DNA of 64,000 bases from Myxococcota bacterium (GTDB lineage: Bacteria; Myxococcota_A; UBA9160; JAFDDA01). Below, piece by piece: positions 40,100 through 47,490 of the stretch. Where the stretch lies: NCBI GenBank assembly GCA_965228475.1, contig OZ245817.1, positions 3,872,001 through 3,936,000 on the forward strand, in the 5' to 3' direction. The notes below the pieces were generated by a model. The model was given only the letters and a program-made list of their open reading frames with translations. It ran no database searches and was not told where the DNA came from. How positions within the stretch are numbered: the stretch's first letter is position 1; each line of letters opens with the position of its first letter. The position numbers were made by a program, and so were the translations under genes.

Positions 40100-40612
40100 G
40101 GCAGGCCCCTGAGAGCGCGCCTCGACCAGGATCGCGACGAACGCGTATCCGGCCATCAGAAGGAGGAATACCAAATTGAGGAGGTAGGAAAAGAACAGCC
40201 ACGGCGAGAAGAAGCCTGCGACGGTGAGGAACTGAGCGAGAACCAGGGAGATTCCGATGACGTGTACAGCCATGAGCGGCCCCGACCGGCCGATCTGGCG
40301 CTCGCCTCGCAGGTTGACGCGCCAGCGCGCCCGAGAGTGGGCGACGATGATGGCGAGATGATAGGAGCCCAGGAGCAGGCCCGAGACGCGCCATGCGTGC
40401 GTCGGCTCCAAGTGACTCGCACGCGCAAGGTCAGGGACGAAACCAAAGACGACAACCCCCAGGCTGCATCCCAGAAGTGCGATGAGCGCCGGAGCGTCGT
40501 CCGGCTGCCAGGCTCCGTTCTCGCGCCCTCCGAGCACCATGACGACACCGGTGAATCCGGCGAACGCGATGGCGACCTCGGCCAAAGAATGGAGGATGTC
40601 CTGATGCTCCAG
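40094..40612 (-). CDS. Multi-TM hypothetical protein (cassette), probable CTG start
   Basis: 'SLAEVAIAFAGFTGVV'; AGGAG SD 8 nt before an in-frame CTG. Confidence 0.7.
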   Translation of the reverse strand: MEHQDILHSLAEVAIAFAGFTGVVMVLGGRENGAWQPDDAPALIALLGCSLGVVVFGFVPDLARASHLEPTHAWRVSGLLLGSYHLAIIVAHSRARWRVNLRGERQIGRSGPLMAVHVIGISLVLAQFLTVAGFFSPWLFFSYLLNLVFLLLMAGYAFVAILVEARSQGPAA

Positions 40613-40627
40613 AATCCCGCTCCTGCC

Positions 40628-40761
40628 GCCCAACGGATCAGGCCTTCAGCAGCGCCGAGGGTGCTGACACTCAGCGCTGCACCACCGTGGCCGATGCCAG
40701 AATCCTACCACGCCGCATTCGAGCCCAAGCCCTTGGCGTCCGCTGCAAGGCATCGTTAGGC
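40628..40761 (-). repeat. attC site, family A (134 bp)
   Basis: Minus strand GCCTAAC..TGCAGCGGAC...GCTGCTGAAGGC..GTTGGGC; imperfect palindrome between co-oriented ORFs. Confidence 0.88.
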
Positions 40762-40780
40762 GGCGGGCGTTGACCACGAA

Positions 40781-41545
40781 TCAACCTTCGATGTACTCCT
40801 CGATGGTTTCCTTGTTCTTTCGAAGTGCTGCCTGGAGTTCTTCGGGCTCAGTTCCCTCGATTCGTCGGTCAAGTTCCTCCGCCACCCCTTCGACGAGCGG
40901 GTTGAACTCAACGATGTTCCAGATCCCGTGTGAAATGTTCGCGCCAAGGACACCTGCGGAGGTGCATGCGACAAGAAAGCCCCAGGAATATGAATACGTT
41001 CCGTACTCGAGCTTCTCGCAGAGTTCCTTCAGATCAAACGCTACCTTCCGCTGGTAGGCCACGTGGCACGCGTACAAGGTCTGAAGACCATTCGACGAAG
41101 CAGCCTCCAGGAACGAGCTGAGAGGCTCGGTCTTCGTGCCCTCGTCGCTCACAGAGCCGACTGGCCGAGACCCTGCCTCTGTCGACAAGCCCTTGATTAG
41201 GGTCTGAGTCTCATCGACCCGCTCCCCAACACGTTCGATCATGCTCGGAAGGGTTTCGACCTTGCGAGTCAGCTCGTCGGAGGCTTCGGACACTCGCTCT
41301 GCCGTTCCGGACAGAAGCCGGGAAGCGCCATCGAGCGTGGCAACATTCTGGGAGAAAGAAGTGTTGGAATACATCGAGTAGGCGATCGCCAACAGGGCAA
41401 GAACCAGCGACGTGACAGTCAGTGCGAACGTGATGTAGTCGACGAGTCGCGGCACGGCGCTCCACTCGATAGTGACCAGAGCAATGATGGCTAGTACCAA
41501 GATCGATACGATGTAGAACGCGTGGATCTTGTACTTCGTTTCCAT
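40781..41545 (-). CDS. Hypothetical protein with 2 N-terminal TMs and coiled-coil-like region (cassette)
   Basis: ORF fills the space between attC sites. Confidence 0.75.
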   Translation of the reverse strand: METKYKIHAFYIVSILVLAIIALVTIEWSAVPRLVDYITFALTVTSLVLALLAIAYSMYSNTSFSQNVATLDGASRLLSGTAERVSEASDELTRKVETLPSMIERVGERVDETQTLIKGLSTEAGSRPVGSVSDEGTKTEPLSSFLEAASSNGLQTLYACHVAYQRKVAFDLKELCEKLEYGTYSYSWGFLVACTSAGVLGANISHGIWNIVEFNPLVEGVAEELDRRIEGTEPEELQAALRKNKETIEEYIEG

Positions 41546-41559
41546 CGATGTTCCCTGCC

Positions 41560-41693
41560 GCCTCACGGATCAGGCCGCCAGCGGCGCCGAGGGGGCTGAC
41601 TCTCAGCGCTGAACCACCGCGACCGATGCCGAAATCCTACCACGCCGCATCCGATCAGGAGCCCTTGGCGTCCGCTGTAAGGCCTTGCTAGGC
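41560..41693 (-). repeat. attC site, family A (134 bp)
   Basis: GCCTAGC...GTGAGGC ends; internal homology to the other family-A sites. Confidence 0.85.
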
Positions 41694-42275
41694 GGCTCCG
41701 CCTGCGAGAGGCTCTCCGCATTGAGAGCACCGTTCATCTTCCAGGGTGGCGCTGGCCGCGCACGCTGGGCAAATCTGCCAGCCGGTCGGAAACGGGAGGC
41801 CGCAGTCACTGCACTCAGTTGCTCCCGTCTCGGCGCTCGTGCCACAAGCGGGGCAGTGATCGAGTTCGGTTCCAGTCTGGGCGGACTCGCCTGGAGGACT
41901 TGGCATTCGCGATTCTTCGTGCGCCTCGACCAAACGTAGAGCAGCCTCGACAGACGACTCCTCGACATAGAGCGCCAGGTTGTAACCGTGACCGGCGCTC
42001 CCTTTTACCGCACCACGAGCGTCAATCGAGGACCCCGGCGGATCGGTGTCGATCTTGCTTGAGATGCCCCTCTCCTGGAGGAATATTGCTTGCTGTTCGA
42101 GCTGCCAGGGACCTCCGTACGAGACGATCTCCAGGTTACTCAGGTACGCGAAACCGGCTGGGCTCGGCGGCGGACTCCAGGGTTCGAGCGTGACATGACA
42201 ATCCGAGCAGGTCTCGACATCAAGCCTGTACTCGATGTGGCACGAGGGGCAGAGTTTCGCGAGTACGAAGTCCAA
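41688..42275 (-). CDS. Zinc-ribbon / DUF2007-like protein (cassette)
   Basis: CPSC..CSDC at N-terminus, four CxxC at C-terminus, central 'LQERGI...LYV....EAA'. Confidence 0.72.
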   Translation of the reverse strand: MDFVLAKLCPSCHIEYRLDVETCSDCHVTLEPWSPPPSPAGFAYLSNLEIVSYGGPWQLEQQAIFLQERGISSKIDTDPPGSSIDARGAVKGSAGHGYNLALYVEESSVEAALRLVEAHEESRMPSPPGESAQTGTELDHCPACGTSAETGATECSDCGLPFPTGWQICPACAASATLEDERCSQCGEPLAGGAA

Positions 42276-42281
42276 GAAGCC

Positions 42282-42415
42282 GCCTAACGGATCAGGCCTT
42301 CAGCAGCGCCGAGGGCGCTGACTCTCAACGCCGCACTACCGAGACCGACGCCAGAATCCTACCACGCAGCATTTTGGGGATGAGCCTTGGCGCCTGCTGA
42401 TAGGCCTTGCTAGGC
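42282..42415 (-). repeat. attC site, family A (134 bp)
   Basis: GCCTAGC...GTTAGGC; 80 bp identical to the 44497 site. Confidence 0.88.
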
Positions 42416-42419
42416 GGCA

Positions 42420-42888
42420 CTAGTCAATCTTGTTGATCGGGAGGTCGACTCTCGGATCGATGGTCAGGTTGATGATGCCTTCCGCCACCTTCCGAAACCC
42501 TTCAGATGTCTTGCGTAGCTGCGAGGTTTCAAGGACTTCCCTGTCCACCCGCAAACCGCGCTTGGCCTTTGCGCTGCTCTTGGTTCTTAGCGCGCCCTCA
42601 ATATCTGCCGGTGCCCAGATCGAATGGAGCAGCTTGTTTCGCTCCATCTCAGCCTTGGTGATCGCAGTTCGAAGAGACTCGATTTCCTGGATGTACGATT
42701 CGTCGTTGGTGGATTCTTTGAGCACCGAGAGAAGAAATTTCGTTGGAATCTCTGCTGAAACGATTTCGCCGACCGTCGTATCTGCTGACAGTGCTGCTTG
42801 CAGTGGAACAGTGAGACTCAACTCAAGGACCCAACGCCTTGAGGAAATCGTCGTCGAGGTAGTGTTCAAAGAATGTCCTTCGCGCCAA
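42420..42888 (-). pseudogene. HEPN-like gene, apparently frameshifted near 42830
   Basis: RNKLLH (Rx4H) in the C-terminal frame; N-terminal 'EHYLDDDFLKALG' lies in another frame that stops soon after. Confidence 0.5.
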
Positions 42889-42918
42889 CGCAGCCGCCTG
42901 GCTAGCCCACAGGCAGCA

Positions 42919-43773
42919 TCAGATACTGACCTTGTCCGACTTGGATCTATTGCAGTCGAAACATGTGAGTCGGATGTTCTGCTCCTCTGAACTGCCGCCT
43001 TTGGAGATCGGAATCTCGTGATCGAATTCGACTTCGTTGTCTCGCAGGTGCTTGCCACACCGTTGACATGTGTAGTTGTCACGCCGTACGACCCGAATCT
43101 TTGTCTTGAAGGAGATGTATCGACCTGTTCGGCGTAGTTCGGAGGTTTCGGTCATCTGCTCAGCGTTGAATACGGCAGGGCATAGGTGACCAAAGACGTT
43201 GCACGACGCGTCGATGAGCCAACCTGGAATCTCTTCCGGGTAGTCAGCAGCATCGAACTCGTCGATCTCCCGCTGAAAGTGCTCTCTCTGTTCGTCAGTG
43301 ATGGGGCGAAGGTTGCCAACGATCCCTGTCTTGAGGGCCCGCTTCATGTCTTCGTTGACAGCAACCGCAGCCTCGCGCGTCAGATCATCACCGATGTCCC
43401 GGCCAAGACGCTGCATCATTGTGATCTCGCCAGTCGGGTCAGGCTCGTAGTCCCCTGGATTGAAGTCGGCGACGCAATCCTCGAAGTCCTGCCTAGTCTG
43501 ATCATCGAGAGGTTCGCCATGTCCGGCCATGCCGCTGGCGAGACAACCCTTGATGTACTCCAAGTGATCAACTGCATCCTCGCGTGTCTGCGGAAGCAGG
43601 GGAGATTGCTCGACCAGGGGACCGTAGGGACAGTACTTCAGCTCCCAACACGGCTTGCACACACGGTTGGCTCGCTGCTCCCACCACGATGCGAAATCAG
43701 CATCGGACAGCGTGTCCGGGAGCGCGAGTGCTCTTCGAACGGCAGGATGGAGTCGCTGTTCTGCAGACGCCAC
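42919..43773 (-). CDS. HNH endonuclease with Cys-rich N-terminal domain (cassette)
   Basis: RDNYTCQRCG..FDHEIPISKGG....N....CFDCN. Confidence 0.9.
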   Translation of the reverse strand: MASAEQRLHPAVRRALALPDTLSDADFASWWEQRANRVCKPCWELKYCPYGPLVEQSPLLPQTREDAVDHLEYIKGCLASGMAGHGEPLDDQTRQDFEDCVADFNPGDYEPDPTGEITMMQRLGRDIGDDLTREAAVAVNEDMKRALKTGIVGNLRPITDEQREHFQREIDEFDAADYPEEIPGWLIDASCNVFGHLCPAVFNAEQMTETSELRRTGRYISFKTKIRVVRRDNYTCQRCGKHLRDNEVEFDHEIPISKGGSSEEQNIRLTCFDCNRSKSDKVSI

Positions 43774-43784
43774 GATTCGATGCC

Positions 43785-43915
43785 GCCTAGCGGACTAGGG
43801 GTTTCGCTGCGGCCAACGGCCGCCGAGGTCGCAGCGCCACCCGAGTAACGACGCTAGGATTCTACCAAGTCAGTTGGAGGCTGCGTTGGTCGGCAGCTCT
43901 AACCCCGTGTCATCC
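43785..43915 (-). repeat. attC site, family B (131 bp), degenerate R''
   Basis: Shares gctgcggccaacggccgccgaggtcgcagc with the 45736 site. Confidence 0.8.
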
Positions 43916-43926
43916 GGCATCGCTCC

Positions 43927-44493
43927 CTACCTACCGCGGCGCTTCTTTCTCGCTGTCTGCTTGCGCCCCCGTTTGTGTTGGCGCTCGTAAAACAGAGTGC
44001 CTGCTTCAAAATCTCGAATGTTGCCAGGCTGGATGTCTACTCGCTTCTTGCGTTCATTGAACTGGAGCTGTGAGCCCCCTGCTCGGATTAACAGAGTCTC
44101 GATCTCTCGCTCATGAGTCTTCTCTGCGACAATGTAGAAGGAGAAGTACTGGAGTTCCGAGGAGTGAGCCTTCTTGCGGGAAGCCAGACGCCTGAACACG
44201 TTGCCGCGGCCAACGTATCGAGCGGAACCCATCGAGTCGTGAGCTACGTAGACGCCGTTTGGTGTGATCCCTTCGCTGGCAACGTCCTTTCTGACATCAT
44301 CGAGCGCATCGAATGGCAGCTTCTCTGCGACAAGAGTGAAGAGTGGCTCGATCTTTCGTGGTCGCCCACGCCCACGGGTGAGCTGACCAGCCTTAACGGA
44401 CCAGTGCGAGTTACTCCAGACGGTGGAGTAGACGGTCTTGGTGGCCTGAGGCTTCGATCGCCGCTTCTTTCGTACTGCCATGCAACCGCTCAT
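43927..44493 (-). CDS. GIY-YIG nuclease family protein (cassette)
   Basis: GVY...RYVG.G....RL, EREIETLLI, N. Confidence 0.82.
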   Translation of the reverse strand: MSGCMAVRKKRRSKPQATKTVYSTVWSNSHWSVKAGQLTRGRGRPRKIEPLFTLVAEKLPFDALDDVRKDVASEGITPNGVYVAHDSMGSARYVGRGNVFRRLASRKKAHSSELQYFSFYIVAEKTHEREIETLLIRAGGSQLQFNERKKRVDIQPGNIRDFEAGTLFYERQHKRGRKQTARKKRRGR

Positions 44494-44496
44494 GCC

Positions 44497-44630
44497 GCCT
44501 ATCGGATCAGGCCTTCAGCAGCGCCGAGGGCGCTGACTCTCAACGCCGCACTACCGAGACCGACGCCAGAATCCTACCACGCTGCCCTTGGACAGAAGCC
44601 CTCGGCGGCTGCTGATAGGCCTTGTTGGGC
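44497..44630 (-). repeat. attC site, family A (134 bp)
   Basis: GCCCAAC...GATAGGC. Confidence 0.88.
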
Positions 44631-44642
44631 AGCTGCACGGGC

Positions 44643-44912
44643 CTACTCGTCAGAATCCAGCTCCCCGGTCGCAAGAAAGGTGAGCTCGCGATCTGAGAAC
44701 TCGGACTCTTGAAGCAGCCAACGGGCTCGGTGAGCCGACTCCGCACTAACCGAGGGCCGCACCTTTGCGGGAACAGCTGCGACAGATTGGGTGACATAAA
44801 CGGATGAGGAGACTCCGCCCGAGCGGAGCATGCCCTGGACGACCTCGGCAGTACCAATCGAGTCGAACTCTAGAACGAACTCACCATCCTGGATGGAGTC
44901 GCCGTCGCTCAT
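44643..44912 (-). CDS. DUF2007-like small protein (cassette)
   Basis: 'AEVVQGMLRSGGV...V....AHRARWLL'. Confidence 0.65.
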   Translation of the reverse strand: MSDGDSIQDGEFVLEFDSIGTAEVVQGMLRSGGVSSSVYVTQSVAAVPAKVRPSVSAESAHRARWLLQESEFSDRELTFLATGELDSDE

Positions 44913-44915
44913 GCC

Positions 44916-45022
44916 GCCTAGCGGATTCGGCGCTCAGCGGCCGCCTCGCCGCAGGCGGAGGCTTGGAGCGCCCTAGGTTGATGCCAGGATTGTACCAGGG
45001 TCGGATGGAAGCCTGGGTAGGC
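44916..45022 (-). repeat. Shorter, degenerate attC site (107 bp)
   Basis: GCCTACC...GCCGCTGAGCGCCGAATCCGCTAGGC; lies between co-oriented ORFs. Confidence 0.7.
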
Positions 45023-45027
45023 GGCGC

Positions 45028-45728
45028 CTAGCCTGTCTTCCTGAACTTATACGTATCCCAGGGGGACATGCCGACTCTCGAGCGGACGAACTTTCGAACT
45101 TGGTTGGACGATATAACAGCCAGCCGGAAGACCAGCTCACTGGCGCGCCGATAACGTGTAAGGGTGACGCGGCTTTCCGCAACAACTCGATGCGCGATCT
45201 CTCCGCGAAGAGTGATTAGGTCTTCAAGTCGCGACTGTGCGCGCTCTGCCGACATGTTCTTCCAGCGCCAATTCGACGAGAGCCTCTGGAACCCGACCAT
45301 GTGAAGGAAAAGCTCATCAACCTGTTTGGGCGGGGAGTGTTTAGCCTCCGCACATAGCGATCGAGGACCTGGTCTCGGTACGAGACGAGAACATCACGCC
45401 AGCCATCTTCTGCCAGTGCCCAGACGCGCCGTGGGTCGCTTTCTTTCTGCAGGCCACCGGCACAGAGTGCCAGGATTTTCGGTGCGAACGCTCCTGGGGA
45501 CTCTGCGTGTTCCAGCGTGAAGTCAACAGCATTGACTGCAAGATCTTCGACGAATGCCTCCCAAGACCCGACCAAGAATACGATCGCACTCCGAATCAGA
45601 ATATTGGGCTCAACGAGCGGCGCGTGGGGATCGTCACGTAAGTGTTCGTAGGTCTCGACGAGCGTATCGAGATCTCTCATGCTCGCTCGCAGCGTGCCGA
45701 TATGGGATGGCTCTTCTTGTTCGGTCAA
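45028..45728 (-). CDS. HEPN-domain protein (RiboL-PSP-HEPN-like) split by a -1 frameshift
   Basis: RSAIVFLVGSWEAFVED...NTP in frame 0; LRGEIAH (Rx4H) in the -1 frame; junction at 45324-45330. Confidence 0.72.
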
Positions 45729-45735
45729 CGGCGCC

Positions 45736-45864
45736 GCCTAACGGATCAGGGGTTCAGCTGCGGCCAACGGCCGCCGAGGTCGCAGCAGCACCCGAGTGCA
45801 AAGCCAGAACCTACCACGCAACTGGAAGGCCGCGTTGGCCGTCAGCCGCAACCCCTTGTTAGGC
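45736..45864 (-). repeat. attC site, family B (129 bp), canonical ends
   Basis: GCCTAAC-AAGGGGTTGCGGCTGAC...GCAGCTGAACCCC..GTTAGGC. Confidence 0.9.
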
Positions 45865-45873
45865 GGCCCACTC

Positions 45874-46344
45874 TCAGGGGAGCCTAACCCGAACAAAGGC
45901 CGGCTTCTGCGACATTGCATGAAACACGCCGCAGTAATAGCGCCCCGTCTTGCCGTAGTTCGCGACCGCCTCGTCTTGGTTGATGCCACCGGTCCATCTG
46001 TCGCCGGGTTCGAGCCTATGGGGGAGCGGCGGGCCGAACGGAACGTTGCCGACGACGAATCTGGCGCTTGCTCGGTCGAACAACGCATGGAAGATGGACT
46101 TGTAGTGAACGCCTGCCAGGTTCGTAATCGTGGTGGCTTGGCCCCCGTGGTTCGTAACTGAGACAAAGATGAACGTGGCATCGGGGGCGCTTGGAAGGGG
46201 CGGCATCGCCTGCATGTCGGGACTGGCGTAAACCCTGATCTCGGCTCCACGTCGTCGCCACTTGTAGACGTCCCAGCCGAGCACTGCAGTGGCAACGATC
46301 GCGCCCCACCACGCAGCGACGTCTGTAAGGGAGAGAGAATCCAT
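45874..46344 (-). CDS. Hypothetical protein with N-terminal TM (first cassette)
   Basis: ORF between the attI-like site and the first attC. Confidence 0.75.
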   Translation of the reverse strand: MDSLSLTDVAAWWGAIVATAVLGWDVYKWRRRGAEIRVYASPDMQAMPPLPSAPDATFIFVSVTNHGGQATTITNLAGVHYKSIFHALFDRASARFVVGNVPFGPPLPHRLEPGDRWTGGINQDEAVANYGKTGRYYCGVFHAMSQKPAFVRVRLP

Positions 46345-46359
46345 CTGCTCGCTTGGGCC

Positions 46360-46440
46360 GCCTAGCTAGTCTATCGGTCGGCCCCCGAGTATCTCTCGGG
46401 GTCTTGATCGTTCAGTCCGGAGTCTTGGCCGTTCAGTCTA
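46360..46440 (-). other. attI-like site
   Basis: Lone R-like GCTAGGC(GGC) at 46360-46366 with no partner arm, preceded by two 21-bp direct repeats (46397-46417, 46418-46438; 18/21 identical). Confidence 0.55.
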
Positions 46441-46578
46441 GGCTCAACCGTGTCGGAAAGGGGAAGCGCTTTTCGTTCGCGAGGCTGGGCGAGCGAAGCT
46501 ACCGGGGCAGCCGGTTGGGCTGCGCGGGGATTCTGCGGGCCAGTGTGTTCGATGATGGGGTCGGCCCTGGCGCTCACG

Positions 46579-47220
46579 CTACGCGTCCGGCAGTCGGAGG
46601 CCCGTACCGCCAAGGCCGCAGTACCCACCGGGGTTCTTGGAGAGGTACTGCTGGTGGTAGTCCTCGGCGTAGTAGAACGCGGGGGCTTCGAGGATCTCGG
46701 TGGTGATGCGGGCGCCGCGGGTCTGGCCGTCGATGACTTTCTGGAAGGCGTCGCGGGTGGCTTCGGCCTGGGTGCGTTGCGCTTCTCCGTGGACGTAGAT
46801 GCCCGAACGGTATTGGGTGCCGGTGTCGTTGCCCTGGCGCATACCTTGGGTCGGGTCGTGGGCTTCCCAGAAGATGCGGAGCATTTCGCGGTAGCTCGTG
46901 GCGCTCGGGTCGAAGACGACGCGGACCACTTCGTTGTGGCCGGTCAGGCCGGAGCAGACTTCTTCGTAGGTGGGGTTCGGGGTGTGGCCGGCGGCGTAGC
47001 CGACCGCCGTGGTGTAGACGCCTTCGGCCTGCCAGAACTTGCGCTCGGCGCCCCAGAAGCAGCCCAGGCCGAACTCGGCGACTTCCATCCCTTCCGGGAA
47101 GGGCGGCGCGAGGGCGGTGCCGAGCACGTGGTGCTTCTCGGGGACGGGCATGGCGGCGCTTCTGCCGGGGAGCGCATCCGCGGCGCTCACCATCTGGGTC
47201 TTGTCTCGGAACAGGCGCAT
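46579..47220 (-). CDS. msrA: Peptide-methionine (S)-S-oxide reductase
   Basis: [27 protein letters not shown]. Confidence 0.96.
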   Translation of the reverse strand: MRLFRDKTQMVSAADALPGRSAAMPVPEKHHVLGTALAPPFPEGMEVAEFGLGCFWGAERKFWQAEGVYTTAVGYAAGHTPNPTYEEVCSGLTGHNEVVRVVFDPSATSYREMLRIFWEAHDPTQGMRQGNDTGTQYRSGIYVHGEAQRTQAEATRDAFQKVIDGQTRGARITTEILEAPAFYYAEDYHQQYLSKNPGGYCGLGGTGLRLPDA

Positions 47221-47224
47221 CGCC

Positions 47225-47488
47225 CTACCCTCCCGCCGCGGCCTTCACGAAGGTGACGCGGTCGCCGTCCGCCACGGGTGTGCTCATGCCGCGTTTGTGG
47301 TTCACGAGCACGCCGTTCACGGCGACGGCCGCCCGCCGCGAGAGCTCGTCGAACTCGACGCCCTTCTCGCTCAACCGCGCCTCGGTGAGCTTCACGATGT
47401 CCGAGACGCTCACGGCGTGCGGCACCTCGAAGCGCCGCTCGCCGGCGGCCTTGCCCATCTCGTAAGTCAGTTCGACGGTGATCGGCAT
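47225..47488 (-). CDS. MoaD/ThiS ubiquitin-like sulfur carrier
   Basis: VAVNG, DGDRV, C-terminal GG. Confidence 0.88.
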   Translation of the reverse strand: MPITVELTYEMGKAAGERRFEVPHAVSVSDIVKLTEARLSEKGVEFDELSRRAAVAVNGVLVNHKRGMSTPVADGDRVTFVKAAAGG

Positions 47489-47490
47489 GG

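Larger units (their letters stand above)
38042..46440 (-). mobile_element. Integron-type gene cassette array without adjacent integrase (CALIN-like)
   Basis: 7 complete attC sites plus remnants alternating with co-oriented ORFs; lower GC than flanks; no tyrosine recombinase ORF seen. Confidence 0.85.

Noticed and set aside
41603..41968. ORFs running through attC sites (also 44540-44857, 45738-46295)
   Set aside because: They overlap better-supported cassette genes, and their shared peptide similarity just reflects translated attC repeats
40628..45864. CRISPR array interpretation of the recurring repeats
   Set aside because: Repeats are 107-134 bp and separated by whole genes; no cas genes; ends match attC R boxes
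46371..46628. Integrase gene or remnant between the attI-like site and msrA
   Set aside because: Gap is only ~200 bp and its short ORFs show no tyrosine recombinase motifs
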